From positions 1-64,000 of IMG/VR virus record IMGVR_UViG_3300005680_000007: a stretch of 64,000 nucleotides of DNA; one strand, written 5' to 3'. Of the stretch, positions 1 to 7,355 are shown piece by piece. The notes beneath the pieces were generated by a model. The model made no database searches. It was not told the origin of the DNA and saw only the letters and a program-made list of their open reading frames with translations. The translations under genes and the position numbers were made by a program. The stretch's first letter is position 1. Each line of letters starts with the position of its first letter. Source of the stretch: a virus.

Positions 1-32
1 CTCGTGGCGGATGGAAAAGTCGGCGTCTACAC

Positions 33-542
33 ATGGAGGGCGCTGCTGTCATGACCACGCGAGTTTACTGCATGTACGGGCTCGGCGGTGCGCTGTGGTC
101 CTACGGAATCGAAAACGTCCTCGCCCGCGCCATCCGCAAGCTGCCGGACACCTATGTCCCGGCCACCCGCGGCTATACGCAATGGCGTGAAATCGTGGAC
201 GACATCAAGCGCAACAAGCGGCCGGGCGACAAGATCGTAGTCGTTGGCCATTCCATGGGGGCAGCATCGGCCACCTATGTCACCGATTACGTGCCGGTCG
301 ATCTGGTCGTGCTTTACGACCTCGCCGGACAGGCGCCGTCGAAGCTCGGCAAGAACACCGGTCGCGCGATCGACATCTATGACACCGCGCCCGACATGGT
401 GCCGGAATGGCGCGTGCAGGCGGTGAAGGGCCACGAGAAGAAGATCGAGCGATGGACATCGGCCTTCGGTCATACCGGGCAGGACGATTCGATCCAGCTT
501 GCGAGCAAGGTGGTCGAGGAAATCAAGAAGCTTGCTGCGTAA
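33..542 (+). CDS. small alpha/beta-hydrolase-fold esterase/lipase-like protein in the enzyme slot of a lysis cassette
   Basis: 169-aa ORF with VVVGHSMGA (GxSxG nucleophile elbow, aa 72-76). A holin-like ORF and spanin-like ORFs follow directly downstream. Confidence 0.5.
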   Translation: MEGAAVMTTRVYCMYGLGGALWSYGIENVLARAIRKLPDTYVPATRGYTQWREIVDDIKRNKRPGDKIVVVGHSMGAASATYVTDYVPVDLVVLYDLAGQAPSKLGKNTGRAIDIYDTAPDMVPEWRVQAVKGHEKKIERWTSAFGHTGQDDSIQLASKVVEEIKKLAA

Positions 543-589
543 ACCGTGCCCGGCCGGACGCCGGGCAGTCAACTGACACAGGTGACGAC

Positions 590-769
590 ATGAATGCTGA
601 ATTGATCGAACGTCTGGTGCGCACCATCTTGCAGATTGCAGGCGCTCTGTTTGCCGGTGCGTCCTGGTACTCGGAAGCCCGCTGGGGCGTCATCACCGGC
701 GCGGCCGTGACCCTGCTCACGACCGTCTGGACGGTGTGGGCCGGCTGGAATGCGCCGAAGAACATATGA
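590..769 (+). CDS. holin-like small membrane protein
   Basis: ATG at 590 preceded by GGTGA. 59 aa with two hydrophobic segments (ILQIAGALFAGASW; ITGAAVTLLTTVWTVWAGW). Its stop overlaps the next start (ATGA at 766-769). Confidence 0.5.
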   Translation: MNAELIERLVRTILQIAGALFAGASWYSEARWGVITGAAVTLLTTVWTVWAGWNAPKNI

Positions 770-996
770 CGCTAATCAAGGCCATCTTCGCCTTCCTGGC
801 CGTCATCCGCGAAATCTTCGCCCTAAAGCGAAGCGCGGATGACCGGCAGGCTGGCCGCGACGAGGTGATGGCCGATCAGGCCCGGCAGAAAGACGCGCGG
901 CTGGATGATGCGATGCGGGCCGAAGTCGAGGCTGACAAGGCGCACAAGACCATGCCGGGCGACGAGGCATTCGATACGAGCTTCCGGAGGGATTGA
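766..996 (+). CDS. i-spanin-like protein (N-terminal TM plus charged helical region)
   Basis: 76 aa with an N-terminal hydrophobic helix (LIKAIFAFLAVI) followed by a charged Ala/Asp/Arg-rich stretch. Start and stop both overlap neighbouring genes. Confidence 0.4.
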   Translation: MTLIKAIFAFLAVIREIFALKRSADDRQAGRDEVMADQARQKDARLDDAMRAEVEADKAHKTMPGDEAFDTSFRRD

Positions 997-1175
997 TGAC
1001 CTGCACCGGCTTCGCCTTCATCTTCGCGCATCTGACCTGCACACAACCGGCATCCCCGCCCGACACCTATTGCCACATCGCGAAGCCGGTCTATTGGAGC
1101 AAGAGTGATACCCGCGCGACAAAGGAGCAGGTTGACCGCCACAACCGCGTTTGGAAAAGGCTTTGCGCAAAATGA
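996..1175 (+). CDS. o-spanin-like small Cys/Pro peptide (LysC/Rz1-like)
   Basis: TGATG overlap with the upstream ORF. 59 aa: MTCTGFAFIFAHLTCTQPASPP...SKSDTRATKEQVDRHN...C. The lipobox is non-canonical, so the call is tentative. Confidence 0.3.
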   Translation: MTCTGFAFIFAHLTCTQPASPPDTYCHIAKPVYWSKSDTRATKEQVDRHNRVWKRLCAK

Positions 1176-1483
1176 CCCAGGACGAACGCGACTACGAACG
1201 GGCGTGGCATCTCGACAAGAAGGTGCCGATCGCGCTGATCGTCACCATCGCGATCCAGACCGCCGGCATCATCTGGTTCGCGGCCGGACTGTTTTATCGC
1301 GTGGATGCGCTCGAAAAACAGACCAGCGGCTACCTGCCGCACGCCGACCGCATCACCCGCATGGAAGTCAAGATCGAAAATGTGGAGCGCGGCGTGACGA
1401 GGATCGAATCGCTGATCCAGCAGCCGCGCACGCAATGGCGTCCGCAATCCTCTCCAGCTTCGCCGGCACCGCCGCCTTTGTAG
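1172..1483 (+). CDS. membrane-anchored coiled-coil protein, unknown function
   Basis: ATGA overlap at 1172-1175. One TM segment (VPIALIVTIAIQTAGIIWFAAGLF) followed by a helical region. It is the last gene before a terminator. Confidence 0.5.
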   Translation: MTQDERDYERAWHLDKKVPIALIVTIAIQTAGIIWFAAGLFYRVDALEKQTSGYLPHADRITRMEVKIENVERGVTRIESLIQQPRTQWRPQSSPASPAPPPL

Positions 1484-1509
1484 CGTTCCTCCCGCGTGGC
1501 GTATCACCT

Positions 1510-1543
1510 GGCCCGGCCGCAAGGTCGGGCCTTTTTCTTTTCT
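1510..1543 (+). terminator. rho-independent terminator
   Basis: GGCCCG...CGGGCC stem followed by TTTTTCTTTTCT. Confidence 0.6.
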
Positions 1544-1659
1544 GCGCTTGTTAGGGATTAGCTAGGCCGCACGTATTGGCCCGAATGTCTCCTGGCATCG
1601 CGACTGCCGAGCATTCCCGGCAGTATCCAGGTCGAACCTCGTTAATCTCCTGTATCCTG

Positions 1660-1836
1660 TTATGCGTACCAATAATGTTGCGACTGCTTCACGAACTGTT
1701 CTGCCAAGGCGGCAAATCCATTCGTTCTCAGGAACTCGCACAGTATATCGTCGGCGCGGGAATGCTCGACCTCTGTATCGTGCAAGTCGTCCAGGGCCCT
1801 CAACTGTTCAATCGCTTCGGCTTCGCTCATCTTCAT
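1660..1836 (-). CDS. hypothetical small protein (58 aa)
   Basis: Below the track cutoff. ATG at 1836, TAA at 1660-1662. Reads MKMSEAEAIEQLRALDDLHDTEVEHSRADDILCEFL... Confidence 0.4.
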   Translation of the reverse strand: MKMSEAEAIEQLRALDDLHDTEVEHSRADDILCEFLRTNGFAALAEQFVKQSQHYWYA

Positions 1837-1863
1837 TTCCCCATTAACTGAAATTCACGGCAG

Positions 1864-2031
1864 TCACGCGATCAGGTCTCGGTCAACATCAATGCCCGCC
1901 CGCCGCGCGCACCCGTAGTCCTCGCAAAACTCGTCTTGCTCTGTGAGACAGGGCGCACCAGTCACCGGGCAAATCAGTGGCCGCCCCATGTCCTCATCGA
2001 TCTCGTCTTGTGTCCATTTTCGGTCTGGCAT
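1864..2031 (-). CDS. hypothetical small Cys-rich protein (55 aa)
   Basis: Below the track cutoff. ATG at 2031, TGA at 1864-1866. Reads MPDRKWTQDEIDEDMGRPLICPVTGAPCLTEQDEFCEDYGC... Confidence 0.4.
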   Translation of the reverse strand: MPDRKWTQDEIDEDMGRPLICPVTGAPCLTEQDEFCEDYGCARRAGIDVDRDLIA

Positions 2032-2046
2032 GGTGCTTACCGCTGG

Positions 2047-2346
2047 TTACTGCGTTTGCGATGGCAAGTCCTTTGCGCCCAACGATCTGGTCATGGCGAG
2101 AAGATCGTCGTGGGCTCGCTGGCGCTCCGTCTCGGTATCGAACGGTCCGATCTGCATGTAGGGTTTCCGGTTCACGCGAACGTCGATCCAGAACTCTCCG
2201 TTCTTCATGTCTCGGAAAACAAACTCGGCAACGACCTCCGTTCTCGGTGCGAGCGGAGGCTTCGGGCACGGCCCGCTATAGCCGTGAAACTTGAACATGC
2301 TTTCGCTCTCTGGCATCGGCTCGCCGCATATTTCGCAGTTCGGCAT
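2047..2346 (-). CDS. hypothetical protein with N-terminal CxxC
   Basis: 99-aa ORF in a same-strand tightly packed block. It looks protein-like rather than Arg/Pro-rich shadow sequence. Confidence 0.5.
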   Translation of the reverse strand: MPNCEICGEPMPESESMFKFHGYSGPCPKPPLAPRTEVVAEFVFRDMKNGEFWIDVRVNRKPYMQIGPFDTETERQRAHDDLLAMTRSLGAKDLPSQTQ

Positions 2347-2374
2347 GGTGTTGACCTCTCGTGTGCGGCCTTCT

Positions 2375-2587
2375 CTAAGGCCGGTTACTCGTTTTCAATG
2401 CGCTCAGAAGGCGCTCGATTTCCTCGGCGGATCGAGTGAGATAGTCCGCGACCGTGGTGGGGTCAGGATCAATCTCAGCGTAGTATGCGTCAGCGTATCG
2501 GCGCAGCCATCCCGGCAATTCTTCAACCGGAACGGTCTTAGGGCGAGACCGCATTTGTGCGAGCGTTATGCGGGTGGCCTCGTTCAT
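2375..2587 (-). CDS. hypothetical protein
   Basis: 70-aa ORF on the same strand within the block. Confidence 0.45.
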   Translation of the reverse strand: MNEATRITLAQMRSRPKTVPVEELPGWLRRYADAYYAEIDPDPTTVADYLTRSAEEIERLLSALKTSNRP

Positions 2588-2638
2588 TTTCGCACCATGC
2601 TTTTCATGTGGTGACTTTGCCGGGCACCAAACGCCCGA

Positions 2639-2821
2639 TTAACCGCGAAATTTTTCAGCCGGAAGAGGCGGCCCAATAAGGTCTGTCACCGCATCTTCCA
2701 ATTCCGCGAGTGCAAGCGAGCACGATTGGTCATAGACCCAATCGCACGCGGCCTTTAGAACGCGCTCGCGCTTCTTCTCACGTTCAGTCGGTGCAGGCAC
2801 AGTCAAGCGACTCTCCCACAT
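2639..2821 (-). CDS. hypothetical protein (start uncertain)
   Basis: The longest ORF reaches 2887 and overlaps the upstream gene. An internal Met (MWESRL) at 2821 is the more plausible start. Confidence 0.3.
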   Translation of the reverse strand: MWESRLTVPAPTEREKKRERVLKAACDWVYDQSCSLALAELEDAVTDLIGPPLPAEKFRG

Positions 2822-3641
2822 CTTCCAAAATGTCGCCTTGGCGCTGAACGGTGTCGAGCAGGGCGGCATAGCTCGGCCGATCAGCACGAAAGAGGGCCAT
2901 ATCAGGATTGATATTGCCGAAGGCGGGCGCGTGAGCCTCCTCGTCGATCCACCAGCGGGCGGTCTCAGGCCGGCGGCGCATAAGGCTCTGGATCGCGACC
3001 GCGCTTTTCAGGAAGCACAGGTCGCAGTTCCCATCCGGGGTGCTGCCGTTGACGTTGAGAAGTCGGAGGTCGAACGGTTGCTTCTGCCAGAACGCAGCCA
3101 CGTCGCGCTTTGTCACGCCTGCATCGGCTAGCGGCATCGCGGTTGTCCAACGATCTTTGTTGAGCCCGTTCCTAACGCGCTGCTTTGTAACCCGCCGCAT
3201 TTCATCGGCGCGCAGCCCGACCACGCTTGTCCAGCGGTCCCAACCGAGGGTGTGCCGGCAATACATATTGAACCGGCGGATTTTCATTTCGATCGTGCAG
3301 AACCGCGTGACCGGGTTCGGCAAAAATTGCTTGCGTTGGATCAGCGCGGCGAAGGGCTCGCCGTTCCGGCTGGCGCTATTGTGGCTGACAATCGCGGTGC
3401 GATGTTCGGCATCTGGATCGTATTCGAGCCAAACGATGTGGACCCCCCACCGATCTCCGCACTCCTGCACGAAGTCCAGCGTCTCGGGCATTTCCCGGCC
3501 GGTGTTAGCGAACGCCACCTTCACGTCATCTGGCAGCCTGCCACCATGCGCGTCGAGGATGTGATTGAGCATGTATCCCGATGTGCGCCCGCCGCTGAAC
3601 GAGATCAGCGCAGGTCCGGTTATGGCGTAGGGGGTCCCCAT
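2784..3641 (-). CDS. PAPS reductase / PP-loop ATP-pyrophosphatase family protein
   Basis: From Met-97 of the 381-aa track ORF: ISFSGGRTSGYM (SGGxDS-type PP-loop) and C-terminal Cys pairs (NCDLCF, CACTD). The N-terminal extension in the track is Arg/Cys-rich shadow. Confidence 0.65.
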   Translation of the reverse strand: MGTPYAITGPALISFSGGRTSGYMLNHILDAHGGRLPDDVKVAFANTGREMPETLDFVQECGDRWGVHIVWLEYDPDAEHRTAIVSHNSASRNGEPFAALIQRKQFLPNPVTRFCTIEMKIRRFNMYCRHTLGWDRWTSVVGLRADEMRRVTKQRVRNGLNKDRWTTAMPLADAGVTKRDVAAFWQKQPFDLRLLNVNGSTPDGNCDLCFLKSAVAIQSLMRRRPETARWWIDEEAHAPAFGNINPDMALFRADRPSYAALLDTVQRQGDILEDVGESLDCACTD

Positions 3642-3654
3642 CGCGGTTAACGTC

Positions 3655-3945
3655 CTATCCGAGCAGTAGACTGGCGGATACCCAGCAAAAGCAGAAGCCA
3701 GCAAAGACGCCGAGCATTGCAAAGATGCGCGCGATCCGCGCCTGATCGTCCTTTGCAGCCTTCGCTTCTTGCAGGGCCTGAGACCAACTCTTGACCATGC
3801 TGGAACGCACATCTTTTGCCATCGGGCGGTGGTTGCCACGCATCTCCAGAAAGCCATGAAGCTGATGCAACGACCGGCGCTGCATGTGAATGCGATGGTC
3901 AAGCCGGTGCCGCATCTCGCAATAGTCACAGTCGATCTTTGCCAT
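3655..3945 (-). CDS. hypothetical protein with C-terminal TM segment
   Basis: Internal Met at 3945 (MAKIDCDYCEMRH...). The C-terminus FAMLGVFAGFCFCWVSASLLLG is hydrophobic. Confidence 0.45.
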   Translation of the reverse strand: MAKIDCDYCEMRHRLDHRIHMQRRSLHQLHGFLEMRGNHRPMAKDVRSSMVKSWSQALQEAKAAKDDQARIARIFAMLGVFAGFCFCWVSASLLLG

Positions 3946-3958
3946 GTGTGTTAATCTG

Positions 3959-4162
3959 TCATAACGGCTGAATGAGTTGCGCGAGCCGGTCGATGTCGCG
4001 CTCGACGTACTTGCGCAGAGCGGCGCGGCTCTCAGGATCGAGCTTCGGCCATTGTTCGATCGCCACACGCAGCACCACCACGAGCGCCCGCGCCTCTGGA
4101 CTGAGCGGATGGTCCTTGCATAGATCAGTGATCTTGGTGGACAGGTCGGCCGGATCAGACAT
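3959..4162 (-). CDS. hypothetical protein
   Basis: Internal Met at 4162 (MSDPADLSTKITDLCK...). It is the first gene of the minus-strand block next to the att scar. Confidence 0.45.
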   Translation of the reverse strand: MSDPADLSTKITDLCKDHPLSPEARALVVVLRVAIEQWPKLDPESRAALRKYVERDIDRLAQLIQPL

Positions 4163-4292
4163 GGTTCTCTCCCGTGAACATGGCGCGAACAAAGTCCACG
4201 GATTCTACCCGATTGGCTTTGCCGAGTTTTGGATATGTTCTGCCGAGATTTGCCGAGAGCGAGCGAAGGCTAGTTGAAAAAGCCCCGCAAAA

Positions 4293-4341
4293 TGGTGGGC
4301 GCGACAGGGATTGAACCTGTGACCCCTCCCGTGTGAAGGGA
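4293..4341 (-). tRNA. 3' fragment of tRNA-Val(CAC): anticodon arm to CCA, probable att core
   Basis: The reverse complement reads TCCCTTCACACGGGAGGGGTCACAGGTTCAATCCCTGTCGCGCCCACCA. This gives an anticodon loop TTCACAC, a T-arm ACAGG/TTCAATC/CCTGT and the acceptor 3' strand plus ACCA. No D-arm or matching 5' acceptor strand lies upstream. Confidence 0.75.
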
Positions 4342-4357
4342 CTACCCCTCTTTGTTA

Positions 4358-4924
4358 TCATTGCGCTTTCCTTTTCGGAGCGCCCGTTTCCACTAATTCT
4401 GCCACTGGCAACCGATCGGCTCGTCGCGCGTCCTCGCTCGCGATCGTATGCGCGTAGCGGCTCGCTGATTGTTCGCTGTCCCAGGCACCAGTCCCGACCA
4501 GCCCGCGCGTGTCCAGCCCGCCATAGCGGCGCATCCATGTGCCGTAGGTGTGCCGGAATAGGTGGAACGCTTCGCGCTCGGGCAGCGCAATCTTGGCGTC
4601 CCGCGCGGCAGCCCGCAGCATGTCATAGAGCCGGCCGCCCTTGTGGAAGCGGAACAGCGTCTCGCCGGGCCGATCAAGCCCGCGCGGATGGTTCGCCAAC
4701 GCCGCTACGATATGCGGCGGCAGATGCACCGGACGCGGGTTGCCGTTCTTCGTGCGCGCGACATAGGCGAAGCCCTCGGACAGCTGGCTCCGCTCCGTCT
4801 TGCACTCTGCCGTCAAGCCGGACGGCAGATGGATGACGCGAACGCCCGCCTCCGTGCCAACGTGCTGCCCTCCCGGCGGTCGCCGCATCAATTCAACCCT
4901 CAAATCGTCGTCCGGTATGTCCAT
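4358..4924 (-). pseudogene. chimeric ORF: release-factor GGQ-domain fragment fused to the C-terminal catalytic half of a tyrosine integrase
   Basis: Aa 1-50 (DIPDDDLRVELMRRPPGGQHVGTEAGVRVIHLPSGLTAECKTERSQ) match the class-I RF/PrfH GGQ core. From ARTKNGNPRPVHLPP onward it is integrase-like (HLFRHTYGTW, SRYAH). The Arg-I box and the N-terminal domains are absent. It is only 188 aa. Confidence 0.6.
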
Positions 4925-4939
4925 GGCGCTAACGGCGGT

Positions 4940-5284
4940 TCAGCTAAAATCCGAATGGTCCCAAGGCTGGGCAGAGCCCATTTTGCCGTCGTTGATGACC
5001 CCGCCAGCCTCGGCGCGAGCAAGCGCGCTTTCCGCCGCAGAAAGTTCGCGGCGCTTCTGATCGACGCCCGCTCTAAGGCTATCAATGTCGCGGTGAAACA
5101 ACTTATCGAGGCGTGCTTTTGCCTTCGGGCACTGTTCCGCCTCAGCATGTGTCGGGTGGCCATTGTCGCAGTCGCACAGTTCGTCAATGACGTGCAACTG
5201 CTCATCGGACTGCCCGATGTAGCGATAGCGGCCGATACCCTTGCCGCCCTTCGCCAACTCCCGAACGCTGTAGATCATTGCCAT
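4940..5284 (-). CDS. hypothetical protein
   Basis: 114-aa ORF ending 13 nt upstream of the chimera start, on the same strand. Confidence 0.5.
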   Translation of the reverse strand: MAMIYSVRELAKGGKGIGRYRYIGQSDEQLHVIDELCDCDNGHPTHAEAEQCPKAKARLDKLFHRDIDSLRAGVDQKRRELSAAESALARAEAGGVINDGKMGSAQPWDHSDFS

Positions 5285-5313
5285 CTTCTTCTCCGGTTAG
5301 GCGGGTTAAACTG

Positions 5314-5496
5314 CTATGGCATCATTTCAGCGATTGCCGACTTGGCTTGCTCAAACGTCCATTCTTCCTCAATTGCGAGCGTTAAATAGCGTAGCGCCTG
5401 CTGGATGTAGGCCGTCTCGATACGACTTGCCGGTGCCCATAGAGCATCGTCGTTTGCCTGCATCGCGGTTAAAATCCGAAGCTGCTCAAGGGTCAT
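5314..5496 (-). CDS. hypothetical small protein
   Basis: 60-aa ORF. Its ATG lies 3 nt after the reconstructed stop of the IS-interrupted upstream gene. Confidence 0.5.
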   Translation of the reverse strand: MTLEQLRILTAMQANDDALWAPASRIETAYIQQALRYLTLAIEEEWTFEQAKSAIAEMMP

Positions 5497-5527
5497 CTTT
5501 CAAATCCGTTTAACGGCGGTTTCCGGT

Positions 5528-5560
5528 GTCACGAACGATGCTTATCCGGTTTAGACACAT
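5528..5560. repeat. left IS end: target duplication GTCACGAAC (5528-5536) plus inverted repeat (5538-5560)
   Basis: The inverted repeat reads ATGCTTATCCGGTTTAGACACAT. Confidence 0.8.
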
Positions 5561-5645
5561 GGCCACAAAATACGGTGCCCCGCTCTGTGCCAAGTGTTCC
5601 GCCCTTTTCGCTGTTCTGTGCCAAGTTTCGTACCCCAAAGGCTGA

Positions 5646-6695
5646 TCAGTCATGATGGCTCGCCATCGTCGGATGCTTCCACGTTCCTTCGTAAAGCCCG
5701 TCATAGGTCGGGCCTTCGCCGTTCGTGCCGATGCCGAGCAGCGAGCGGAAGGCGTTGAATGGGTAGAAGCGGCGATTGAACCGGAACGTGAACTCGTTGA
5801 GGTAGGCTTGCAGGTGTTGCGGCTCGACGCGCCCATGATGCGTGCCTTGCAGCCATGCCTTGAGGTTCGAAAACACAAGGTGGACGATGGGCAGGTATTC
5901 TTCCGCCACGGCTGGGTCGTTCGCCTCGACAACCGGCAGGTGGTCGTAGCCGAGCGCCTTGAGCCCATTGTAACCGCCCCAAGCGTCCGTGATGACCATC
6001 GCACCCGGTTCCACGGCCTGTTGCACAAAGGCGGTCAAAGACTTAGCGCCGCGCGTAGGGACGATTTCCAGCCGAAGGCGGCCAGCGTAGCGCCCGCCGC
6101 GACGGGTCGGCTTGTCGCCTTTCTTGGGTGGACGGGTGCGGACTTCGACGGCGGCCATGACCAGCGTCTTTTCATCCGCGTGAACGCCCTTGCCTTGGCC
6201 GCGCGTCACGCCGCCGATGTAAGTTTCGTCGATCTCGACGTGATCGTTCCGGCCAAGATTGCCGCCGATCCGATCGCGGCCCTGCCGCACCATGCCAGCG
6301 CGCAGCTTGTGCAGGATTTGGAAGGCGGTTTCGTACCGGCTGAGGCCAAGCTGGCGCTGAAATTGAACCGCAGACAGGCCCGGGGTCATGCTCGACACCA
6401 GATAGGCCGCCCAAAACCAGACGGTCAGCGGCGTGTGTGTCCGCTGCATCACGGTATCAACCGTCAGGCTGGTTTGCTTCCGGCACGCCCGGCAGGTGAG
6501 CACGCTGGTGCGCGTCGCCATGCGGAACGGCTCACCCTTTTCGCCGCAGTGCGGGCAAACGAAGCCCTTGGGCCACTTCGCGCCTTCCAGGTAGCGGGCG
6601 CACGCGGCGTCATCCGGGAAAAGCTTCTGGAAGTCCCGGAGGGACTTGGGGAACGGCAGGTGTTCCCATTGGAGAACGTCGGCGTGGGGAGGCAT
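5646..6695 (-). CDS. IS1595-family (ISXO2-like) DDE transposase
   Basis: 349 aa with an N-terminal zinc ribbon (CPHCG...CRAC). Also VEIDETYIGG, VITDAWGGY and a C-terminal E-containing block, typical of DDE_Tnp_IS1595. Confidence 0.85.
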   Translation of the reverse strand: MPPHADVLQWEHLPFPKSLRDFQKLFPDDAACARYLEGAKWPKGFVCPHCGEKGEPFRMATRTSVLTCRACRKQTSLTVDTVMQRTHTPLTVWFWAAYLVSSMTPGLSAVQFQRQLGLSRYETAFQILHKLRAGMVRQGRDRIGGNLGRNDHVEIDETYIGGVTRGQGKGVHADEKTLVMAAVEVRTRPPKKGDKPTRRGGRYAGRLRLEIVPTRGAKSLTAFVQQAVEPGAMVITDAWGGYNGLKALGYDHLPVVEANDPAVAEEYLPIVHLVFSNLKAWLQGTHHGRVEPQHLQAYLNEFTFRFNRRFYPFNAFRSLLGIGTNGEGPTYDGLYEGTWKHPTMASHHD

Positions 6696-6890
6696 CTACT
6701 TCGCTTTCTGCTGGAATTTGCGGAGCGCGATGCGACTCTCTTCGTTTCTCACGCCACTTTCGGTCCAAACATCCATGACCGAACCGCATTCGGTGCACCT
6801 GTCGAAATCGCCCCAAGGGCGCTTGCCGTCGTAAGGCTCTGCCGCCCAATCGAAAACGGAACATTTAGGGCAAACGGAAAAGAGATTCAT
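6696..6890 (-). CDS. IS passenger ORF, zinc-ribbon-like (64 aa)
   Basis: CPKC...CTEC. Its stop abuts the transposase ATG and it lies inside the IS ends. Confidence 0.5.
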   Translation of the reverse strand: MNLFSVCPKCSVFDWAAEPYDGKRPWGDFDRCTECGSVMDVWTESGVRNEESRIALRKFQQKAK

Positions 6891-6893
6891 GGC

Positions 6894-7091
6894 TCAGTAC
6901 CCCTTCCCGTAGTCGTAGATCGCCAGCAATTCGTCATTCGAGAGCGGCGGGGCAAAGTCGCGGTCCGTATCGACTTCCTCGCGATTGGCGGGGTCTACGA
7001 GGCGACGATTGCTCGGGCAGCAGGGGTTGGTCCAAATCTCATAGATTTGGCCGCGCAGTTCGAAATCAGGGCAGAGACATCGATCGCTCAT
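6894..7091 (-). CDS. IS passenger ORF (65 aa)
   Basis: Tightly packed in the same operon inside the IS ends. Confidence 0.45.
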   Translation of the reverse strand: MSDRCLCPDFELRGQIYEIWTNPCCPSNRRLVDPANREEVDTDRDFAPPLSNDELLAIYDYGKGY

Positions 7092-7094
7092 GGT

Positions 7095-7259
7095 TCAGGC
7101 CCTCTCCGCTTGAACACGCTCGCCCGCGCCCCACAAGATCAGCAAGAGGCCGCGCGCCTTACGGATTTCGGCTTGAGCGACGGAATCCTTTACCTGCTGA
7201 TGCAGTTCCCAAAGGTCATCGATGATGGCGCTCAGTTTTTCCAATTCAGGCTGCGTCAT
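7095..7259 (-). CDS. IS passenger ORF (54 aa, below track cutoff)
   Basis: ATG at 7259, TGA at 7095-7097. Reads MTQPELEKLSAIIDDLWELHQQVKDSVAQAEIRKARGLL... Confidence 0.35.
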   Translation of the reverse strand: MTQPELEKLSAIIDDLWELHQQVKDSVAQAEIRKARGLLLILWGAGERVQAERA

Positions 7260-7325
7260 CTAACCCTCCACAGGAGCCGAGCGGAATTGCTCGGGTATGC
7301 CCATGGTTCTAGCACTAGCCGCTGT

Positions 7326-7355
7326 ATGTGTCAACCGGATAAGCATGTCACGAAC
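7326..7355. repeat. right IS end: inverted repeat (7326-7346) plus target duplication GTCACGAAC (7347-7355)
   Basis: ATGTGTCAACCGGATAAGCAT is the reverse complement of the left repeat apart from a 2-nt indel. Confidence 0.8.

Larger units (their letters stand above)
5537..7346 (-). mobile_element. IS1595-family insertion sequence carrying three small passenger ORFs
   Basis: Imperfect terminal inverted repeats of about 21-23 nt. A perfect 9-bp direct repeat GTCACGAAC lies immediately outside both ends. Inside is a four-gene minus-strand operon ending in the transposase. Confidence 0.8.

Noticed and set aside
4293-4385. Possibility of a complete (class II-length) tRNA gene.
   Set aside because: The upstream 44 nt lack a D-arm with a GG motif. 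The candidate 5' acceptor strand mismatches, and the total length of 93 nt is inconsistent with tRNA-Val. Only the 3' 49 nt are tRNA-like.
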